Shown here: positions 26,795 to 32,000 of the stretch, in pieces
Layout: each line of letters starts with the position of its first letter
Numbering within the stretch: the stretch's first letter is position 1
NCBI GenBank assembly: GCA_934613415.1
Contig: CAKTSY010000001.1
Coordinates: forward strand, 150,001-182,000
Reading direction: 5' to 3'
Length of the DNA: 32,000 bases
Source: an uncultured Opitutales bacterium
Lineage (GTDB): Bacteria > Verrucomicrobiota > Verrucomicrobiia > Opitutales > Intestinicryptomonadaceae
The notes under the pieces: model-generated
Database searches by the model: none
What the model was told of the DNA's origin: nothing
What the model saw: only the letters and a program-made list of their open reading frames with translations
Made by a program: the position numbers and the translations under genes

Positions 26795-26833
26795 TACAAA
26801 AAAACGGCAAACCCGATTTGCCGAATTTGCCGT
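26795..26833 (-). terminator. Rho-independent terminator after hom (minus strand)
   Basis: On the minus strand CGGCAAA-UCGGG-UUUGCCG (plus 26805-26823) is followed by a U7 run. A second CGGCAAA copy (plus 26826-26832) offers an alternative 5' arm. Confidence 0.8.
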
Positions 26834-26856
26834 ATTTTTAAGTGCAAAACAAAAGT

Positions 26857-28152
26857 TTATTTGCCCGAAAATATCCTCAGCACAAAAGGCTCGGAATATA
26901 CAAACGGGGCTTTTTTAAGAGCCGCGCAAACTTTTTTGATAGAGCCTTCGTCGGTCTTGTGAGTTGTAAGCACAACCCAAGCCCTGCCTGCAGTTTCGTG
27001 TTTGCGCTGCTGAAGCTGCTCTATTGAAATTTGCTCGCAAGCCAAAATAGACGCCAAAGAGGCAAGCACACCAACTTTGTCTTGAACTTCAATTCTAAGG
27101 TAAAACTCGCCCGAAACTTCGTGCAAATGCGCCAGTTTTAAGGGAACGTCGCCTTTAGTCGCAATTAGGGGGGCGCCCATTAAATATCTTACGGCGTCGG
27201 CAATGTCGGCAATAACCGCGCTGGCGGTTGCGTCTTGCCCTGCTCCCCTGCCTATGTATATTGTGCGACCTACAACGTCGCCTTCTATGGAAACTGCGTT
27301 AAAGACATCGTTTACATTTGCAACTGCGTCGCTTAAAGGCAATAGCGCCGGATATACCGAAGCAAAAAGCGCGCCGCTTTCGGGAATTTTGCGAACCGAG
27401 GCAATAAGCTTTACCCTGCAGTCGAAATCCCTTGCCCAAATCATATCTTCTAGCCTGATTCCGCGTATGCCCCTTACCAGCATTTTGTTTAGGGGAATCC
27501 AAACCCCGTGCGCCAAATATGCCAATATGCTGATTTTATGGGCGGCGTCTATGCCGTCTATGTCTAAAGATTCGTCGGCTTCAACATAGCCGAGTTTGCG
27601 CGCGTCTTTAATTATTGCGGCATAAGAGGCGTTTTCGCGCTCCATTCTGGTAAGAATGTAGTTGCAAGTTCCGTTTAAAATGCCGTAAATCATCGGGAAA
27701 CGGTTTGCAATAAGCCCCTCCCTTAACGCCTTAATTACGGGAATGCCGCCCGCTACGCTTGCTTCAAAAAAGTAGGCAACATTGTGTTTTTTTGCCTCTT
27801 GCAAAAGCTCTTTGCCCTTGTTGCTAATTACTGCCTTATTTGCGCTAACAACAACTTTGCCGTTTTTAAAGGCGCGCATTGTAAGCTCGAAAGCCGGTTC
27901 TATGCCGCCCATAAGCTCGCAAACAATGTCTATTTCGGGGTCGTCTACAATGTCGTAGGGGTTTTCGGTAAGTTTCGACTTTTCTATGTCGATAGCGCGC
28001 GATTTGTTTATGTCGCGCACGCAAACTTTGCCTATTTCGAACTTTGCGCCGAACTTTGCGCACATATCCGAAAAGTTTGCAGTTAAGTGCTTATACACAC
28101 CGCCCGCTACCGTGCCAAAGCCCAAAAAGCCTATTTTGTAGATTTTGCTCAT
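26857..28152 (-). CDS. hom: Homoserine dehydrogenase (with C-terminal ACT domain)
   Basis: 431 aa with the NAD fold IGFLGFGTVAGGV, VSANKA, EASVAGGIPVI, LNGTCNYILT and a C-terminal ACT-like segment. Its start overlaps the plsY stop (ATGA). Confidence 0.95.
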   Translation of the reverse strand: MSKIYKIGFLGFGTVAGGVYKHLTANFSDMCAKFGAKFEIGKVCVRDINKSRAIDIEKSKLTENPYDIVDDPEIDIVCELMGGIEPAFELTMRAFKNGKVVVSANKAVISNKGKELLQEAKKHNVAYFFEASVAGGIPVIKALREGLIANRFPMIYGILNGTCNYILTRMERENASYAAIIKDARKLGYVEADESLDIDGIDAAHKISILAYLAHGVWIPLNKMLVRGIRGIRLEDMIWARDFDCRVKLIASVRKIPESGALFASVYPALLPLSDAVANVNDVFNAVSIEGDVVGRTIYIGRGAGQDATASAVIADIADAVRYLMGAPLIATKGDVPLKLAHLHEVSGEFYLRIEVQDKVGVLASLASILACEQISIEQLQQRKHETAGRAWVVLTTHKTDEGSIKKVCAALKKAPFVYSEPFVLRIFSGK

Positions 28153-28775
28153 TGCTTTTTTGTAAATTTATATTCGGTTCCGTTTAAGATTCTTTTTATG
28201 TTGGATTTGTGCCTGTATATTACAAACGCGCCAAGCGCCAGCGCAACGTAAAATTGCGCAGAGCCTATTCCGTAAAAGAATATGCAGCTAAAGGGTAACG
28301 AAAATGCCATTGCAATAGACGCCAACGAAACCATTTTCGAAGAGTAAAAGAATATAAGCCAAAGAATTAGCCCTATCAATATCGGATACGGCAAAACCGC
28401 GCACAAAGCCCCTATTGTAACCGAAACGCCTTTGCCGCCCTTGAATTTTAGGAACACCGAAAAGGTGTGCCCTATTATTGCGCCGACAAGCCCTATCAAC
28501 GCCATATTTACGGGTGCAATTCCCGCAAAAGTGCCTCCAAAATATGCTACGGCATACGGCCAAAAAGCGGCAATAAAGCCCTTTAAGGCATCGCAAACAA
28601 AACATAGCCTGCCTGCAAAAGTGCCGCATGCGCGCTTTACGTTTGTAGCCCCCGGGTTGCCGCTTCCGTAGCTTAAAATATCTACGCCCTTGGCCGAGGC
28701 TATTATTACGGCAAACGGAATTGCCCCCAATAAATAGCCTACGGCCAGGCTTATAAATAGATATAAAATAGACAT
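28149..28775 (-). CDS. plsY: Glycerol-3-phosphate acyltransferase PlsY
   Basis: 208 aa, polytopic, with the diagnostic GSGNPGATNV motif and a KGGKGV block. Confidence 0.95.
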   Translation of the reverse strand: MSILYLFISLAVGYLLGAIPFAVIIASAKGVDILSYGSGNPGATNVKRACGTFAGRLCFVCDALKGFIAAFWPYAVAYFGGTFAGIAPVNMALIGLVGAIIGHTFSVFLKFKGGKGVSVTIGALCAVLPYPILIGLILWLIFFYSSKMVSLASIAMAFSLPFSCIFFYGIGSAQFYVALALGAFVIYRHKSNIKRILNGTEYKFTKKQ

Positions 28776-30373
28776 TACTTGTTGGTAAAGTCTACAACCT
28801 TAACCTTGCTTACGCTGTCGAGCGCCAACAATTCCTTAACCATTTCGTCGGTGGGAACTTCGTCGAGCTCGTAAACACTAAGGGCTTTTTGAGTGCCCGA
28901 AATGCGGCTTACGGTAAGGTTTGCAATGTTGCAGCCGTGCTTGCCCAACAACGAGCCTATTGTGCCAACAATGCCGGGAACGTCTTCGTTCTGCAAAAGC
29001 AAGAGGCAGTTTTGGGGTACAACTTCAACGTCTTGACCGTTTACATAAACAATCTTAGGTTCGCCAGTTTTGCCCATAATTGTGCCGCCAACGCAGTAAA
29101 CTTCGCCGTTTTCGCATTGGGCGTCTACCTCTATAAGTTCGGCATAGTCGGTATCAACAGTGCTTTTAAGAACTTCTACACCAATGCCAAGCCTCTTGAG
29201 TTTGCCGGGGGCGTTAACGTCGTTTACCGAGTCGCTAATCTTTTCAAGATAGCCCTTTTGCACAGCCAACGAAATAAGGGTGTTGTTGCCTTCGGCGAGT
29301 TTGCCGAAGAACCTGATAACGAGCTTAGAAACTCTTTCCGAGCAAATTTGCTGCAACAAAGAACCGAGCTTGTTTGCCAAGTTTAAATACGGCGCATACT
29401 TTTTAAGGGTTTCGGCGTCTGCACAGGGTGTGTTAACCGAGCTGCTTATAGAGCCTGTTGTAAGAATGTCTTTAATAAGTTCTGCAACCTGAATGCCGCA
29501 GGTTTCCTGGGCTTCTTTTGTAGAAGCGCCCAAGTGGGGAGTAAGAACCAAGTTCTTTATGCCCAAGAGGGGGCTGTCTTTTGTAAGGGGTTCGTTTTCG
29601 TAAACGTCGAGACCTGCCGAAGCAACTTTGCCGCTCTTTAATGCGTCCAGCAAAGCACTTTCCTTAATAATACCGCCTCTTGCGCAGTTGAATACCCTTA
29701 CGCCCTTCTTCATAATTTCGAACGCCTTTTCGTCGAGCATATATTTTGTCGCGTCCGTCAAGGGCATATGAACGGTAATAAAGTCGGCTCTTTTAAGGGC
29801 GTCTTCCAAAGTTACCATTTCAACGCCAATGCTCTTTGCGCGGGCTTCGGTAAGGAAGGGGTCGTAGCCTAAAACTTCCATTCCGAAAGCTTTTGCCCTT
29901 TTTGCCAATTCGGAACCGATGCGTCCCATACCCAAAATCGACAGGGTTTTCTTGTTTAGTTCTGTGCCTTTAAAGCTTTTTCTGTCCCACACGCCGGCCT
30001 GAATGGAAGCGTTTGCCTGCGGAATAGGCCTTGCGCCGCAAAGAATGTGCGTAAAAGTTAATTCGGCAGTCGAAATTGTGTTGCCCGTGGGGGTGTTCAT
30101 TACAACAACGCCGTTTTCGGTTGCGGCTTTCAAGTCGATATTGTCTACGCCAACACCCGCCCTGCCTACGGCCTTAAGTTCTTTTGCCGCAGACAATATA
30201 TCGGAGGTAATCTTCGTTTCTGAGCGTACTATTACAGCACTTGCGTCTTTAATGAGTTCTTTGACCTTTTCGGGAGAAGAGCCGTACGCTTCTATTACTT
30301 CAAAGCCCTCTTGTTGTTTGAGGAGTTCAACGCCTTTTGGCGATATTGGATCTGCTACTAATATTTTTTTCAT
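28775..30373 (-). CDS. serA: D-3-phosphoglycerate dehydrogenase (long form with ASB and ACT domains)
   Basis: 532 aa with the NAD fold GMGRIGSELA, the catalytic region NCARGG...TPHLGAST, and a C-terminal ACT domain (DVPGIVGTIGSLLGKHGCNIA). Its stop shares 1 nt with the plsY start (TAATG). Confidence 0.95.
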   Translation of the reverse strand: MKKILVADPISPKGVELLKQQEGFEVIEAYGSSPEKVKELIKDASAVIVRSETKITSDILSAAKELKAVGRAGVGVDNIDLKAATENGVVVMNTPTGNTISTAELTFTHILCGARPIPQANASIQAGVWDRKSFKGTELNKKTLSILGMGRIGSELAKRAKAFGMEVLGYDPFLTEARAKSIGVEMVTLEDALKRADFITVHMPLTDATKYMLDEKAFEIMKKGVRVFNCARGGIIKESALLDALKSGKVASAGLDVYENEPLTKDSPLLGIKNLVLTPHLGASTKEAQETCGIQVAELIKDILTTGSISSSVNTPCADAETLKKYAPYLNLANKLGSLLQQICSERVSKLVIRFFGKLAEGNNTLISLAVQKGYLEKISDSVNDVNAPGKLKRLGIGVEVLKSTVDTDYAELIEVDAQCENGEVYCVGGTIMGKTGEPKIVYVNGQDVEVVPQNCLLLLQNEDVPGIVGTIGSLLGKHGCNIANLTVSRISGTQKALSVYELDEVPTDEMVKELLALDSVSKVKVVDFTNK

Positions 30374-30509
30374 ACCTTCGATAAGTAAAAATTAAAGACA
30401 CCAATTAAAAAGCGTCTTGTAAAAAACGCAAACATATTTTGCGCAATAGACGCGCAAAGCCCGCTTTTTTGCAAAAAAAACGCCCTTTTAAACAAAATTG
30501 TATAAATTT

Positions 30510-31664
30510 TTAGCAAAAACGCAATGCAACGGCGTCGACAAGCAAAAGCCCCTTTTTCGTTAGTCTTAGATTGCCGTTTTGCAAAATAGCCAAATTTTCG
30601 GCAACTAAGTCGGATATTGTGGGCATATATTTTTTTGCATCGGCCAATGGGAATCGTTTTGCCAACTCGTTTAAATCAACGCCGCGCACCATTCTTAGCC
30701 CGAAAATTATCGCCGACAAAAAGAGTTCTTCATTGTCTATCTTTTCGCTTTCCAGTTTAAAGCTTTTGTTTGTTTTAAGGGCATTGCACCAAAGTTTTAA
30801 ATTTTCTATATTCTTGGAACGCACATTGTTATATTGGCTTGCCGCCCCGCTTGCAACCCCAACCCATTCGTACATATTCCAAGTGCCCAAATTGTGGGCA
30901 CATTCGCACCCCGGCTTTGCGTAGTTAGAAATTTCGTAGCGGTAAAAGCCGTGTTCTTTTAGGCACAAGGCTGCAAATTCAACAAAATCTGCCTCCCTTT
31001 CTTCGTCGGCATTTGTTGCAATGCGCCCCGCGCAAAGCGGTGTTTTGCTTTCGTATTCTATGCAGTATGCGCTAATGTGGTTTAAAGGGTATTTTGCGGC
31101 AATTTCTATGTCGCGCGCAAAATCTTTTGTAGTTTGGCCATTTACCGCAAAAATAAAATCGGCGTTAAAATCGGCAAAATTTGCCGATGCAATCAAGTCT
31201 AAAGCCTCGTAGTTCTTTTTTGCCGAAACTTTGCGACCCAATGTTTGCAAAACCTTTTCGTTAAAACTTTGTATGCCAACCGAAATCCTCGAAACACCGC
31301 CCTCTTTTAAAATTTCTAATTTTTGCCTGTTTATTGAAAGCGGCGAAACTTCAACCGTAAATTCGCGCACGTTTTTTGTGTAGCTGCGCAAAATTTCCAT
31401 TAGGGCAGCCAGCTTTTTTTCGGGCAAAAACGAGGGCGTGCCCCCTCCTATAAATATGGTTTCTGGAGCAAAATCTTTGTACAGCGAAAGCTCGGTTTTT
31501 ACCCCCAATAGATAGTCGTCGAATGAATTTGGCGTTAAAGTTTCCTTATAAAAAGCGCAATAGTCGCACCTGTTTGCGCAAAAAGGCACATGCACATATA
31601 GCCCCAGCTTAGAGGGCGCGCGCATTTTGTCGCAAAAATGGCAATGTTTGGCTTGCATATGCAT
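30510..31664 (-). CDS. hemW: HemW/HemN-like radical-SAM protein (haem chaperone or coproporphyrinogen dehydrogenase-like)
   Basis: LYVHVPFCANRCDYCAFY (CxxxCxxC), GGGTPS and a C-terminal HemN_C-like domain. An alternative and perhaps better start is the ATG at 31625 (MRAPSKLGLYVHVPFC). Confidence 0.88.
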   Translation of the reverse strand: MHMQAKHCHFCDKMRAPSKLGLYVHVPFCANRCDYCAFYKETLTPNSFDDYLLGVKTELSLYKDFAPETIFIGGGTPSFLPEKKLAALMEILRSYTKNVREFTVEVSPLSINRQKLEILKEGGVSRISVGIQSFNEKVLQTLGRKVSAKKNYEALDLIASANFADFNADFIFAVNGQTTKDFARDIEIAAKYPLNHISAYCIEYESKTPLCAGRIATNADEEREADFVEFAALCLKEHGFYRYEISNYAKPGCECAHNLGTWNMYEWVGVASGAASQYNNVRSKNIENLKLWCNALKTNKSFKLESEKIDNEELFLSAIIFGLRMVRGVDLNELAKRFPLADAKKYMPTISDLVAENLAILQNGNLRLTKKGLLLVDAVALRFC

Positions 31665-31708
31665 TTCAAATAAATACTATATTGGCTATACAAGAAAATA
31701 TAAAGACT

Positions 31709-32000
31709 ATGTTTACAAATATTGCAAAAAAATTCGCACCAACGGCAATAGCACTTGCATCGCTCTTTTTTGCGGCGTGCTCGTCTATAACAAACATTAC
31801 GCCCGACACCGTTCCCGAAAATCCGTCGAGAACCTACACGCTTTCGATGAGCGCGTATATTAACGACGGCTCTATAATACAAAAGTCTATAGACCCCATT
31901 GTTGTGGTAGACGGCACCCCGCGCAAAATGAAGCCCGTTTCGGAACTTGAGGGCAAACGCTTTTACGAATACGAATATACAATGCCAACCGACAGGCAGG
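31709..32000 (+). CDS. Putative lipoprotein, 3' end beyond window (not in the supplied ORF track)
   Basis: I translated this by hand from the ATG at 31709: MFTNIAKKFAPTAIALASLFFAACSSITNITPDTVPENPSRTYTLSMSAYINDGSII...EYEYTMPTDRQ. There is no stop in 97 codons up to the window end. It has a lipobox (FFAAC). It is divergent from hemW. Confidence 0.7.
   Translation, partial: MFTNIAKKFAPTAIALASLFFAACSSITNITPDTVPENPSRTYTLSMSAYINDGSIIQKSIDPIVVVDGTPRKMKPVSELEGKRFYEYEYTMPTDRQ

Noticed and set aside
26805-26833. Duplicated TTTGCCG arm in the hom terminator, considered as a possible alternative-structure attenuator controlling read-through into the GH gene.
   Set aside because: Both alternative pairings still form a hairpin directly ahead of the same U-run, so no antiterminator state is apparent.
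31535-31882. ORF-track entries 31535-31882 (-) and 31627-31863 (+) in the hemW/lipoprotein divergent region.
   Set aside because: They overlap the hemW 5' end or are out of frame with the open-ended lipoprotein ORF starting at 31709. That ORF has a proper signal peptide and lipobox. The translations of these two entries are C/R/Y-rich and implausible.
1-32000. Searched by eye for CRISPR repeats, tRNA/rRNA/tmRNA, IS elements, integrases, toxin-antitoxin pairs and defence-system signatures.
   Set aside because: I found no regularly spaced direct repeats, no cloverleaf-capable GC-rich intergenic segment, no transposase/integrase-like ORF and no inverted terminal repeats. Apart from 12395-12869, the intergenic space is too short to hide such elements.

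Overview
This 32-kb window is mostly core chromosomal sequence with about 30 tightly packed genes in five strand blocks. I recognised no rRNA, tRNA, CRISPR array, transposase/integrase or defence system. Lineage cannot be assigned from sequence alone. Start codons usually sit in A/T-rich, Shine-Dalgarno-poor contexts. Together with a dihaem type-B fumarate reductase, an OlsF-like acyltransferase, DUF4886 and several lipobox proteins, this looks FCB/PVC-like.

Gene order:
- (+) mtaB-like methylthiotransferase (5' end cut by the window), tig, clpP, clpX.
- (-) DUF192 lipoprotein, 2-TM protein, mnmE, GYF-domain membrane protein.
- (+) M24 aminopeptidase and sdh/frd CAB, followed by a ~475-bp AT-rich ORF-free spacer.
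- (+) OadG-like subunit, biotin carrier, Na+-decarboxylase beta subunit, succinate CoA-transferase.
- (-) hemW-like, serA, plsY, hom, a GH42-like lipoprotein plus DUF4886 hydrolase pair, lysC, thrC, cimA, olsF-like.
- (+) partial lipoprotein running off the 3' edge.

Most noteworthy observations:
- The decarboxylase beta subunit carries a ~160-aa hydrophilic insertion. Its ends resemble the two halves of a lipoyl/biotinyl hybrid barrel, with no biotinyl-lysine motif.
- The decarboxylase module lacks a carboxyltransferase gene and sits behind the AT-rich spacer.
- A glycan-hydrolase gene pair, bracketed by terminators, splits an Asp/Ser-family amino-acid biosynthesis supercluster.
- That supercluster is interleaved with lipid acyltransferase genes (plsY, olsF-like).

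I see no convincing evidence of a wholly new multi-gene system. All function calls rest on motifs read by eye and need profile or structure searches.
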